The notes under the pieces: model-generated | Told to the model about the DNA's origin: nothing | Databases searched by the model: none | Seen by the model: only the letters and a program-made list of their open reading frames with translations | Assembly: GCF_009914755.1 (NCBI RefSeq) | Contig: NC_060937.1 | Source of the DNA: the human T2T-CHM13v2.0 reference genome, Homo sapiens | DNA: 64,000 nucleotides | Direction: 5' to 3' (one strand) | Translations under genes and position numbers: made by a program | Shown: positions 1-14,560 of the stretch, piece by piece | Numbering within the stretch: position 1 is the stretch's first letter | Layout of the letters: each line of letters starts with the position of its first letter

Positions 1-699
1 CTAATGATTAATGGAATACTTTAGAGTACTGAGGGTTTTATATACACCAGATGATAACGTATTCTTTAAATGCATGATCATATACCAATTGCCAGGCTCT
101 TCCAGAAAAAAACACAACAAATAACTCAGAAATACAATCCTAAGGATCATCTTGTCTAAGAGATTTTTTTTTCTTAGGAGATATGTAAGAAACTGTAATA
201 CTTTGATATTAGCAACAGCTTCTCTTCCTGGTGTATTCTCATTTTAGCTTACAATTGTAATGTATTTCACTTAAAATTTAGTAGGCTCAATTCTTCTTAC
301 TTAACCACCTTGCCCTTCCTGGGTGTTTATATGAGGCCGTGAAGACCTCACCAAAGTCCAGTGTTCAGGTGATAGATTGCATGAGAACGGCCTGAGTGAG
401 AGTCCTCCCCAAAAGACCAAGCAGTAGCCCAGGAACTTTGGACAGGTTGGGTACAAATGGCTGGAAATTCTCAAAGGGGTGATGCTGGAGGGTGTATTTG
501 ATAGAGACCAAAAGTATCCTAAGGTTTAGAGACACATCATCTCAGTGATATTGGAAGCTGAGGATAGCAGCTGTGTAACATCCCAAGGTGGTGTGTGAGA
601 CTTTAGCTTTCCTCCAACCCTTCCATTTTCCTCCATGATAGAAAAAAAATTCCTTTTGTTGTGTTTTTAAACTACATTTTACCTACATTTAAAAAAATA

Positions 700-920
700 G
701 TTAAGCCATGTAGTGCTTGCTATGTGCCAGTTATGACTAGGTATTTTGTTTATACAATTAACTGATTGACACTATATTGCATATACTTTCCCCTTTTACA
801 GATGAGGAAACTGAGGCATGGGAGGTGAAAAAACATTTTCTCAAGGACATAGACAGTATGTGCAAGAGGTGGGATTTAACTCTGGAGTTTAGCTAACAAG
901 TCTCGTGCTCTTAATTCCCG
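700..920 (-). mobile_element. MIR SINE fragment
   Basis: MIR core ttttacagatgaggaaactgaggc at ~794-817 with degenerate MIR-like flanks; boundaries approximate. Confidence 0.75.
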
Positions 921-1102
921 TTGTCTACTGTTTCATCTTATAATTCTATTAAATGAGCTATCATACAAAAATATAAAACACAGGGTCTGCACATAGAAGG
1001 TGCAACAAATTTTAGCTCCCTTTGTGTAAAAATGCTGATTCATACGCTTCCTTCTAGGAATGACAGGGTCCATTATTGCTCAGTGGTTAAGATTGCAGAC
1101 AA

Positions 1103-1520
<418 letters not shown>

Positions 1521-2672
1521 TAGGAAGCTTATATGGAGTGATTTAATACCCAGCATTCCATTGGGAACATAGTAGACAGTAAGTAAATATTTGATGAATG
1601 ACTGAATGAACGTATGACTTAATTAATTTGCCCAAGTTTGATTTGCCCTAGGGATGACTGGGGGCCAGAGAGGTTGTATAACATTTTCCTGCTCCCTGAA
1701 GGATACCAGGATGACTCAGCAAGCCTTCATTCTGGCATTTGACAGTGATGTGCTAAGCTGTTTGAACACTGTCTGACTTTGACATGATCCAAACTCTGAC
1801 ACATTTCATGGTTTTAGACACTGACAAACCCAAGCCAGGCCAGCCCCAAGGTGCTAAGAGTTGCTGCAGATAGGGGCATAGCCGGAAGAAAATAGTTATT
1901 TAACATTGTTCACTAAATGTAATGCATATGACTTTCAATGACCAGGCCTTACTCAATTACAATGATTTCTTTTAAAAAATGTCTATATAATAAAGACATT
2001 TGTTCTTATTATGTAGAACATGCTTATTATAAAGGACATGCTCTTCCTTTGAGGTATTATAAGGCCGGGGAGTCTATTTAGAGTAATAAAAATAAAAGAA
2101 AAAAAAGTAGGTTTAGTATAGTTGTGGTGTTTTGTGTACCTGATTCTTAGATAAGTTTTGTACTATTAAGTATCCGAATTAGTGTATTCTATCCATGCCA
2201 TAATTTAGTAAGCTAATAAATATTTATCGACTACCTACTATACCCAGACACTGTTCTAGGTGTTGAGGATGTACCAGTGAATAAAACAGACCCAAATTAT
2301 GTCACCTAGGCTGTACAATAGAAAATTTAAATTAGAATTATACCCCTTTGATGTCATAATACTTTTCTGAAAATATGCAAATTCGATCGTCAAATTTGAT
2401 GATGGAAAGTTCAACGGTTCTAAGTCCCTTATCTTTACTAAGTTGAAAATATAATTGAAATATGTTATTGTTTCTTTTAAGAAATATATTTATTAAATTG
2501 TGGCTCAATTATTGTACCTGGCAAAACATGATGGTAAGACCTGGTAAAGTTAACATACCAGGTTTGAATCCTGGCTCTACCATTTATTTATGGTAAAGTT
2601 AACAGGGCTACTTCCTCTAAACTAACATTTTAAATATTATTTTTCATGGGTTGTTAATAGGTATTCAGCTTA

Positions 2673-3030
<358 letters not shown>

Positions 3031-3802
3031 TTAGAAGTGCTCCTGTGCCTCATGAATATGCAAATATGCAAAATGACACTCAGAGTTTCATAAACCTATT
3101 TGATCACAGAATTATCTTTCCAGTGGAACTTTTTGTGGAACAATTGTTTCAGTGAACACATTTTGGAAAAAATGTTTGCTAACCTTCTTCCGTAATCTAT
3201 TTGCAGTACATAAAGGAATTATAGACAATGGTAGACTCATAAGAAAAACTGAAAAACCAGTTTTTCTTCGGTTTTGTAAGACAACAGAACAAGAAAAACA
3301 CATTGTAGATCAATAGCTTTCCTTCCCAAAGAACGTCTATATCTGGTACACGTTCTTCCTCATTTGCAGCGAGGCCACAGGGATGCTTCCCTTTCCGTAG
3401 ATGGCACCGAGCTTAACTCGTGTATTGGACTTTGTATGAGGGACTGCCCCCATTCAACAGCCCCCATGATCAGTCTTCCATTTCTAGGCCTTGTTCCCTC
3501 TGCTAACTGTGGGAAGAGGAAGATTGTTTTGCTTTCGGAATAGGTAATATAGTCACATGGTTCAAAATTCAAGAGGTATGAAAGCGTGGAAGATCTGCCT
3601 TTCACCTCACTCTCCAACCCCTCAGTTCAACCAGTGTTGCTAATTTCTGGTGTATCTTTCCAGAGATATTTCACTCATATATAAGTAACATATACATATT
3701 TATTTTATCCATTCATCCACATATGTTATACACTCTTTTCACATCTTTTTTTCATCTTAACAAGTTATCAGAAATTGTTTTCGACTAGTTGAAACATTTA
3801 AA

Positions 3803-3830
3803 AAGTCATTAAAAAATTTTTTAATGACTT
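3803..3830. repeat. Perfect 28-bp palindrome aagtcattaaaaaa|ttttttaatgactt
   Basis: Sequence equals its own reverse complement. Confidence 0.95.
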
Positions 3831-3864
3831 AAATGTTTAAAATGACTTTAAACATTAAAAAACA

Positions 3865-3894
3865 TTTAATGTTTCGACTAGTCGAAACATTAAA
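3865..3894. repeat. Perfect 30-bp palindrome tttaatgtttcgact|agtcgaaacattaaa
   Basis: Sequence equals its own reverse complement. Confidence 0.95.
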
Positions 3895-6694
3895 GAATGT
3901 CCACTTTTTTTTCTTAACATGTGCAAGGTATTCCATTGAATGCAAAACGTTATTTAACTACTACAATATTGAGTAATATTATTTTTCTAATATTTTGCTA
4001 TTGCAAAGATTACTGCAAAGAGTAACCTTGTCACATCAATTCACATGCTTGAGAGTATATTTTTAGTGTGCAATACTGAAGTACACTTACTGAGTCAAAA
4101 GTATGTACATTAGTAATTTCACAGATATTATCAAATTACCAAGATGCACTCCCACCGACAATATATTAAAATGTCTCTTTCAGCTTCCGTGACAACAACA
4201 CACCAAACTTTTTGACCTTTGCAAATCTAATAGGTGAAAAACACTATCTTAGTAGAGTTTAAATTTGGAGTTTATATCTTGAAGAAGCAAGCGGTTTTAT
4301 TTAATTGAAAAATATTTATAAAATTTATTGAAGAAAATACTGCTTATTTCCCTTGCCTTCTTCTACAGCTTACACTAAGGCTGATCTTCCTTTGATGTTT
4401 AACTGTTATCATTAATTCTGTGCTATAATTTAAGGGGTGGTGATGAACGAAGGCTTTGCCAAGAATGGGACTGGTTTCTGAGCATTATGCCCTGATTGTT
4501 CTTCTGGCTACTTAATTTCTTTCAGCTATTAATTTTTATGTAGTGAATATCCTCTTGGTTTCTAATCTGCTTCCTCAATTAATACTTTATCATTTGAAGG
4601 AAGGAATGAAAGATGTTCTTACAGTCTTCAAAATAATAATTATAATAGCTACCATTTAAGTGTCTCTTATGTTTCAGGTAGATGTTTATATGCATCATTG
4701 ATTAAACTTTCATAGAGACTTTATAAAGTAGATATTATTATTTACATTTTCCTGATGGAAGTAACCCCGGCTACTGACAACTTATCACTAAGAGAGCTAG
4801 GATTCAATGTTTCAATGGCCATATCAACTCTTTCTTCTCCTTCAGAAGACAGTGTCTGAGCTTTGTGACAACTGTTTTCCACTCTGTTCAAAGACCTTTT
4901 TTTCCACTTATGTTTGGATTCCCAGATGTGTTCTTGGGACCTGCAGTTACTCTGCCAGTGACCTCTGGAAGCATAGGGCACTGCTACACATTGCTTTACA
5001 CTCAATATGCTTTTGAAGCCAGAAGCTAGGAGTATCTTAATGTGAACCAAAATAACTAAAAAGCCAGGTCAGCAATCATTTTAGCAATAAATGTCTGCTT
5101 CATTATATTGTGAACTCTCTCTCTAATGAATTCCCCTTTCAAAGGATTTTATGTGAAGCATGTGACAAGCAGTATATTCTGTTTCTGAATTAGCAGGAAA
5201 ATTCAAAGAGCTTGGCATCTGTGGCACGCAGGTGGCTGATTTATCATTTCCTATCTGGGTAAGCCACATCTGAGGTTTCTTTATTGTTGCCTTATCACAA
5301 GATAGGATTTTCCTTCTTGACCACTCTTAGCATCATAAGAATATAAATGCCCAAAGCCCTGAAAAATCTTTTTATTTTGTTGAGTTATATTTATTTTCTT
5401 TCACTTATATTTAACCAACTAGCATCAATGCATTCTGATGTAATCCTAGAAGGAGCTCATTTTCCCTCTTGCATCTCAGTGTTCAATGTCTGCCTCCTAG
5501 GTTAATGAGAGCCGCGTGCTTCTGCACCAGGGTTTCAGGTCTCTTGTGACAAGGAAGTAAATGGTCTCGGATTTTTCCTGACATCTCCCTGAAGAAATCA
5601 TTGTTGCATGGCTGCACAGCTCTAGCATACAGGCCTACTTAGAAGACAAGTTAGAAAGTACAGAGCCTTAGACTCACACAAATGAGTCATTCCTTAGCAC
5701 CCTTGAAAACAAAATTTCTTAGAACATCAGAAAGGCCAATTCAGGGGGAGGTATTTGGTATATATAAGCTATAAAATTTACCTTTTATTTCTCTCTGTCT
5801 ATATATATATAAAATGTAAATATACGTATATATTTACCTTCACTAGCTCTGTCTTAAAAACAGAATGATTTAAATTCCCTTTTTAAAAATTCCAGTCATT
5901 CCCATTTTTGAGAGAAATTGTGAATGACTGAGATTTTCTCCTTTCACTTCAAATTACCTATGTTGACCAGGTATCAGTGGCTTTTAGGTTTATGGCTCAT
6001 ACCTCAACAGTCACATTCAAACTTATTGTAACTAGGCCTTGTAAACAAAAGGCAGCAAACTGATGAGCTCTTTGAGAAATGTGTGCTTTCCCAGAGAGCA
6101 GAAGAACCAATCAAGAGGAGTGCCTTGACTATTAACTTAAAAAAAAATGGAAAATAGTAACAACTTACTAATACTAGATCTAAAATATAAGCAACCCAAG
6201 CAGTCTGTTAGTTTATGTTAAAAAATACTATCTCTAACTAGTTATTCCAGTTCAATTCCTTTTGCAAACTATATTGAGTATAAAAAGCCACAGTTTGTTA
6301 AAGTCTTAAAGTAGAACTAGCAATTTGAACTAGTCTAGGATACCTGATCTTCCCTTTCAGATACGACTACAGTCCTTGGTTTTACATTTAAAAATTACTT
6401 TCCTGAGATTTACAAATACCCATTAGATCTGTTAGAAAGATATCATGAATGTGTAAGGTGTAGAGGCTCTGTAATATGATTTATGCATATTTATTATGCT
6501 TTGGTTTCACATAGTGTGAGATGTGATTACAAGGTAATGAAACGGGTTTTTGCATGTGGCATGAGAAATCAGTTTCGTTAGTTTATATTTCAATAGTTTG
6601 ACACACATATTTTGTAAAATGAGTAAAGGTTGCCAATTCAATGGCAGAGCTATGATCTACACTTGGATGTCTTACATTAAAGAGGAGGCACAAG

Positions 6695-7267
<573 letters not shown>

Positions 7268-7299
7268 TAAAGATGTGGAAGAAAACCACTGGGCTAAGT

Positions 7300-7490
7300 G
7301 GTCTCTATATGTCACCTACTTTAATCAACAGACATACCTATGAGGTAGAAACTATTATTACCCTTTCTTTACAAATGAGAACCAATGAGTTCCAGGCACT
7401 AGCCGACAATCATACCATAAATAAATGGTACAGCCAGGATTCAAACCCAGGTTTATTTGACTCTACAGCCCACACTTCCATTCCTATGCT
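7300..7490 (-). mobile_element. MIR SINE
   Basis: cctatgaggtag...tttacaaatgaga...ccaggattcaaacccagg. Confidence 0.65.
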
Positions 7491-8291
7491 ATGCAAACTG
7501 GTTACTGCCAAAGTTACTCATAGCCTGAGATTCTGTGTGTTTAAGTCAACAAGGATCATTTCCCACCTTTTGTTCCAATTTCCTCCAAGCCTTCATCTAC
7601 TTTCCACATGCAGCAAGAACACTATGCACAGTTTAAATAATACAATCAAAGACTTCCTGCTTAGACTAAATAAAATTCAATCTAAAAAGTCAAAAAATAT
7701 GGAAGAAACCAACATTATAAACCTAACTCTCAGCAACTTCCTCTCTGCCCCACATACCTTCACGATGTCTGATCTCTTCCTTTCTTCTGGCACTTTCTGT
7801 TAGGAAGAAAGTTCTGATGATTGCTAACGTGTCCCTATGCTACTAGTATTTGTAACAGAAATGTATATTTATGTTCTTTAGCTTGGTTCCTCTGCCTTTG
7901 TTAAAGCCTTCTGAAGACAATAGTTTTCTAAGTGGATGGTGATCTTTTGTTTTGCTGAACATTTTGATGGGTTTGGATATATATTTGTTGTAAGGGAAAG
8001 ATTTCATTTTCTTTTTTCCTAAAGGGAACATAATTGGGAGAACTGCAGGCACCCTTGGAAGGAAGAATGGGAGAAGGGAGAACAAGGAAAGAAAAGACAA
8101 GATGTGAGACAGGTGCATGATATATAACACTTCTCTGTGCCCACAAATCTCCAATCAAGTTGTTTTCTGGGGTGGTGGTGGTGAAAAGGGTGCAGCAGAG
8201 CATGCATGAGTTCTGGAACCAGAATATAGCACACAGAGCAGAAATGTTATTGAAGAATTTCTCAACTGCTTCTCTAGGAATTAATGGACAC

Positions 8292-8628
8292 TGTCTTAGT
8301 CTGTTTGCGCTGCTGTAACAAAATACCTGAGACTGGGTAATTTATAAAAAAGAGATATTTATTTTCTCACAGTCGTGAAGGCTTGGAAGTCCAAGATCAA
8401 TGTGCCAGCAGGTTTGGTTATCTGGTAAGGGTTGCATCCTTAGAAGGGGAGGAACACTGAGTCCTCATAGGGCAGGAGGGAGGACAAGCTAGAAGAACTC
8501 CCTTCTTCAAACCCTTTCATAAAGACACCTAATCCCACTCACAAGGGGGAAGAGACCTCATGACCTAATTGCCTCTTAAAGGTTCCATCTCCTAATACTA
8601 ACACTTTGGCAAATACCTAAACTATAGA
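8292..8628 (-). mobile_element. MaLR solo LTR (MST-like)
   Basis: tgtcttagtctgtttgcgctgctgtaacaaaatacctgagactgggtaatttata...aagtccaagatcaa is the reverse MST/MLT1A terminus; right end approximate. Confidence 0.85.
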
Positions 8629-9559
8629 AGAAACCAAATATATGTTGTGTTTTAAGGGCCAAGAGGGGGCCTAGATGACATAGGAATTTCATGTTTAAAG
8701 ATGCTTAGTGATAGGAAAAAAACAAAAGAAATGCATTCTGATGTGTTTGGTTTGAGATAGATGTCACTCCCATATTTCAAAGATTGAATCATAGCACTTT
8801 TTCTGCTTATGCTGAAAACAAACCAGATTTTAAAAATTCCTTTTATGTAGATGCAGTTGTATCTATAAATCTGTTCAACTCATAATTATCTTTTTGCCTC
8901 AGCTTTCTCTAGAGCAACTCTTTCAGGACTCACTTCCTTTGAAGAGTTTGTTTTGACTTCTTAGGTGAATTAGCTTAGCAGATGGGGTGAAAAGGCATCG
9001 CGGAAAGCAGACTGAACAGGAGCTTTGGCACCAGAAAGCTCTCTGTGGTTGGTCCTTTGGCCAGCTACAAGGTGTGTAATCTTCACTTTTCCAAGCTCCA
9101 GTTTTTTTATTGGCAGGAATATCTCATAAGATTAAATTAAAATGTCATTTAAAATGTGTATCACCATTCACTAAAAGAAACTTACAGACAGCAGAATTTA
9201 ATTTAACTACTTTTAGTGGAAAAGAAAGTTATTAAAGATGGTTTATACAATCTTTGAGAGGGCCAAAAAATCAGACACAGAGGCCTCACAGCCAGGAAAA
9301 TATTGAAATCACATTCTTGCTGGGCGTGCGAACTGCAAGTCCACACTGAAGGGCTGAGCAAGGGACACCTACTGCTATGAATCCTAGAATGACAGGGTCC
9401 TGTGCCATGTTTCACAAGCCTGCCAGGGAAAGGGGTCCTCATGCTGTGAAGTCTCTCTGTTAAGGTTGGGAGGTAGGCTTCATGTCTGAGATTGGGAAGC
9501 AGTCTTGGTTCCTACCTTGAGAGGCAAGACTCACAAACAGGGAAATTCCATACATTTAA

Positions 9560-9853
<294 letters not shown>

Positions 9854-10189
9854 CAGTTGAATTTTTTTTATGGCTGATGGCCACACACGTGACATTCATT
9901 ACAATCCAAGAATTCATGATAATGGCACAAAAGAAAAACTCAAAAAATGTATTTACTGTGGTTACAAGGTATTATGAAAAGAAAATAAGACAAATTATGT
10001 TACTCTTGATATGCATGCATATAGCCTTTCATTAGCTCTTTTATGTTTTTAAAGCACTTACCAAGTGCAAAATGTTTCATTTTATTTATTTATTTAGAGA
10101 GCACACATACAACAACCATGTGTCCTCTTAGAGCATGCATTGCAAGACAGCATATTTGGTATGTTGGATATCTTGTGTTTTTTCTCTAA

Positions 10190-10780
10190 CTTCACTTACC
10201 ACTCTCACCACCCTGCTCTGGAAATTAGGACTCTGATCTACCCAAGCAGGCTTCCTCTGACTTCTGGTTGAGTTGGTCAATGGGGAGCACCAGCAGGAGA
10301 TCAGAAGGAGGAGGGAGAGAGAAGACAGATTATTTATTGCCCAGGCCCTTTTCTTGCAGGTGGGGGAGAACATTTTGGGTGTGCTGCAACCCTTGACCCA
10401 AAGTCACAGATACTGTCAAGAAAGAGATAAGAGCAAGTAGTGGGAAAGAAGATGGATTCAACTCTATGTCATTTAAAATGCTGCTTGCATTTTTAATGGA
10501 AATGTACATCTGTGTTCTACCATCTTTTGGTAGAGTCATCTGAGGATGGTAGGTTTCATTAAATATTCTCCATCTAAGCTTTCTGCATCATGAGTTTCTG
10601 CTCCACTGGCTTCGTTAGCCTGAGCATGGTCACAGTGCCCCCTTTAACCAGCCCAGTGGTACCTTTTGTAGTTTTCCTACATTCTGTTGACACCCTCAGA
10701 AGTAATCCTTTTAAAAAATTCTCTTCAAGTTATACAATGTGAATGTGCCCTCTCTTTTCTTTCTGGACTCTGGTGCCCTG
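10190..10780 (+). mobile_element. ERVL solo LTR (LTR33-like)
   Basis: ttggtcaatggggagcaccagcaggagatcagaaggaggagggagaga...tatttattgccc and terminal gaatgtgccctctcttttc resemble the recalled LTR33 consensus. Confidence 0.55.
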
Positions 10781-11423
10781 AGAATGGATTTTTAAAAGAT
10801 ACTGTAGGATATATAGTAATATTTGTTTAGAATTTAAAAAAAATTTATGTTTCTACATCTTTTTTATTAAGTTAGTTTAATTTAAAATGTGCATGCATGG
10901 AGGGACAGTGAACCCAATAGAAGTCTGGGAAAGGTAAGATTTTACTCCCAATAATTAATTTGGGGAGCATTTATTTGATTTCTTCAATATTACAGGCTCT
11001 GAGCAAAAATTTCAGATACTGAGATGAATTTGACCTGTGTTCAGGTATAAGCCTTAAAGAGATAAGATCTCAGACAACTCAGAATTTATTTTTTACAGCA
11101 ACTTTCCAGTACATAATATTTATTGAAATAAAAATAATAACTAGAATTATTCATATGGTTATAATAAATAATTGATAAGAAAACATACAAACACTGTCTT
11201 GATTTTCTAGTTTCTTTTGATGGTTATTTTGAATTCTGTAAAGTAATTTTTCAGGCAATTTTAAAAAATTGCAAGTTTTAAAATTCAAGGATATTTATTA
11301 AAAACAAACCAATATTATTTGGGCAACTCAATTTTCATGAGAGTAAAGCTGAGGTTAACTGGTATGTAAAGTTAAAATTTCAAGAGTGTGTAAGGATCAT
11401 TCTCCCTCCAATTGTTTACAAGC

Positions 11424-11480
11424 ATACACACTCACACACACACCCCACACACTCACACAGACACACTCACACACTTAGAT
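11424..11480. repeat. Imperfect (CA)n microsatellite
   Basis: cacactcacacacacaccccacacactcacacagacacactcacac. Confidence 0.8.
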
Positions 11481-11789
11481 ACACTCACTCATACTCAGTG
11501 AATAACTCTGATAATTCTAACTTTATACTAGTGATACTTTTGGTTCTATATGTATGTAAATATACAAAACATGGGAACTCTTCCTGTCTTCTGGTAAGAT
11601 GAGGGTAATAGTAAGGGAAATATATAAATGTTTCCATCTAGAGCATCATGTTATGCATGCATCAAGCAAATATAATGTAATAGTGATAGTTTTAAAACCT
11701 TTCATAGTCACTGCTATTTTTATCACCCAGATGTGCACGCAATAAGCATTTTATGAAATATTTTCATATTCTGTAAATTTTTCTTGCCT

Positions 11790-13430
11790 CTGAGGCTCCC
11801 CACCCATTTTGTCAATGGCAGTCATCCCTCCAGGAGGAGGGTGGATACCATCTGGAACAAAGAGGGCATTGATCAGGCTTGCGTTTCAAAGCCAACTTAA
11901 AAAAAATTTTCTAGCAACAGAGTTGAGCCTTTTAGGGAGTGAAAGAGTTGTTTTTCCTAAAATGCTGAAAAGAAACAAAAGGAGAGAAGAGAAAAAAAGA
12001 AAGAAGGAAGGAAGGAAAGAAAGAAAACAATGAAAGAGACAAAGAAAAAAATCTCTCTTGTTCAAATATCAAAAGCAAAGATGGGGAATTTTGTCCATAA
12101 ACCTCAAGTAGAGAGAAAGCAAGAGGAGAGAGTGGAGAGTCTCCTGGTCAGAGAGGCAGACACTGCTAGAGACCCAGGCGGGGAAAGAAGTGTCTCCTGG
12201 CTTTACTCCTGAGGCTAAAACCCTGGGGTATGGTGAAAGCAAGCATAGGTGGGTGTGGCTTTCAAAGGCTGTTAGAAAAAATATAAAAGAGAAACTGCAG
12301 AATCCCAGAATGGTAGGATTTTTCTTCCCTTCCTGGGCACTACCTGGGAAGGTCAGATATCACCCCAGAGAAGTGCTCCGTTCAATGTGGCACCTTGTAG
12401 ACCGGCGCTGCTCTAAGCGTGGTCCTGAGAAGGTGCTGGCCTGTAATCCTCTGTTAGACCTTCCATCTACACTGAGATAAGTTCTGAAGGGGAAAAATAA
12501 GAATCTGGAAACTTTTAAAGCAATTTCATAGACTAGTCTTATGCCTGTTGAATCAAATAGTAATTCATAAAAACTGGGGCCTGTATTGTGTACCTCTTTG
12601 TTATTTTGTTTCTAGTATTTTTTATTGTATTTTACAAAAATGTTGATCTGTAATGAGTTGAAAAGAAAAAAACCCAGTATAGATAGTTTGAGAAGTGTTA
12701 TCCTAGACGATGTCTTACAAGTGGCTGAGAGAGGGCTCATCCAGGGGGCTGGAAGTCCTGCTCCCAATTTCTCTTCTAACTCTGCACACACCTGAGTCTC
12801 ATGTGCCATGGAAGGAAGCCAAGACTGTATGTATTTGACTGTTAGGGGACATAGGAGGTATCTGGATGGAGACTCCATGAGTCAGCTGTGGAACTACAGC
12901 AGAGTGATCCCGCTGCTAAAGGGCAGGTGGCTTAACCAGAGCTGGAGGAAGGATTTAGCTGATACTCACAAGCTCACAGTGCCAGTGAGAGCCGAGGTGG
13001 GATGGAACCAGCATGAGAACAGCCCATGAGTCCACTAGACCCAGACTTCATTCTCACAGGACAGCCAGAGACTGGCAGTTAGGGTATTCCTGCAGAAGTC
13101 AGTGCGGATCGAAAGGTCATTCATTCCTGAAATCCCTGGGCATAGCCCTGAGATGCCTTCTAACCCAAAAACTCCATGGTCTTGAAAATTCCTGACATAT
13201 CCGAAACCATCTTGGGAATGCAGGTGGAGAAGAGTGAAAGGACTAACGATTTACTTCAAAGTGACTGCCCCAAAGAAATGATATACTTCAATTCAACAGT
13301 CACATTGTTCTCATTACCCAGAAGTGTGGTAGCTTGAGAGCGAAATTAGATAAAATGTAGGAAATAAAGAAATTACATTTTTTTAAACCTGACTGGTAGT
13401 GCATGAATTATTAGCCCTGCTGTACACTCA
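11790..13430 (+). mobile_element. Possible ancient LTR element (family unresolved)
   Basis: GC-elevated, purine-rich segment ending aaataaagaaattacattt...gcatgaattattagccctgctgtaca, resembling an old LTR poly(A) signal and 3' terminus. Confidence 0.3.
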
Positions 13431-13911
13431 ATAAGTGGTGACAATAAAAACCATGCCTGGCATGTAGTGCACTATTAATAAAGGCTTGCTGAAATATTAG
13501 GAGGAACTCACAAGAATATTACATCTCAAATATTGGCACACAAACAGAGTTAGGATGTACAGGACCTGTAGAGGCTCTCTCTACTTGCAGGATGGCAGAA
13601 TCACAACTTTATTGCCCAATATTTTAAGTGAAACAAAAGAATTGTGTAAGAGTCATAGCCATGTTGATTGTCAATAACGTCCTGAATACATGATCAGATA
13701 GAAAGTTCTCCAAGTCATGGGAATGGGCCTTAGGAGAGAGGATTTGAAATTTATTCACTTTTAGATTTGCTGGGCTTCCCAAAAAAATGGGATACAACAG
13801 GTCGTGGTGATCTGTCCCTGAACTCTACACAGAGACTTCATCTTAGCAATCCCAAGCCCTCTCTCAGGTATTACCTGTGACTGTTGATGACATCTAGTAA
13901 GTAATGATCAC

Positions 13912-14560
13912 TAGTCATTTTTTTTCAGTAAACACTTATAGCATCCTACTTAACTTCTGGGTGCTGAGGCCTTAAAGATAATTAAAGTTGATTTTTAAAT
14001 TTAAAGAGCATTCTTCCCACTCAAGGAGCTCACACGGCAGTGGGAGAAACACAAGGGTAAACTGAGAGACCAAGCTGTGATCATTTGCATAATGGCAGAG
14101 AAGGGAGCTAGAGAGGAATGGATGTGGGGACATGGCTAACCTTTTCTAAGCTTGCTCGGGGGGGGGTTTCCTGAGAAGGCCTAATTGGATTCTTTTAGCC
14201 TGAGTCCTGCATAATTCAGAGTTCACCAAGGGTGGATGGTAGATTCAGGCATACCAGAGGATGGAAGCAATGAGGAGAGAAAAAGCTATATGTTTATTGG
14301 CAGTAGAACTGACCGGCTGGGGGAACTTGATGTTTCTGTGATTGGAGCATGAAGCATGAGTGTGTTAAGCAAAGGAACAGAAAAAGTCTGCAGGATCATA
14401 TTATGTGTCATGGAAGGGTTTAAAGATGGAATCATCTGCCTGGATTTCGTCTTGGAAATTTTGTTCTAGGAATTAGATAGCCGGTAGAGTGGAGGGAAAA
14501 GACTGAAGATTGAAGAATGTAAAACCAGCTTGCAAAAGCCCTGGTGAGAGATGATAGTCA
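13912..14560 (-). mobile_element. L2 LINE 3' fragment
   Basis: cccactcaaggagctcac...gtgggaga followed by a purine-rich L2-like body; boundaries approximate. Confidence 0.6.

Larger units (their letters stand above)
3530..4280 (-). mobile_element. Old L1 (L1M/L1ME-like) 3' fragment
   Basis: L1M-type phrases gtattccattgaatg, cactcccaccgacaatatat, tttgcaaatctaataggtgaaaa; boundaries approximate. Confidence 0.55.

Noticed and set aside
3370-3543. Candidate plus-strand exon after ttcctcatttgcag encoding RGHRDASLSVDGTELNSCIGL
   Set aside because: No recognisable protein, a stop precedes the best donor, and no partner exons were found; a non-coding exon cannot be excluded
7273-7803. 176-aa ORF, the longest outside the L1
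   Set aside because: Starts in a MIR, has no recognisable domain and has composition typical of chance ORFs in AT-rich DNA
8659-8674. CTCF-like gccaagagggggcc
   Set aside because: Several mismatches to the core consensus; not supportable without ChIP data
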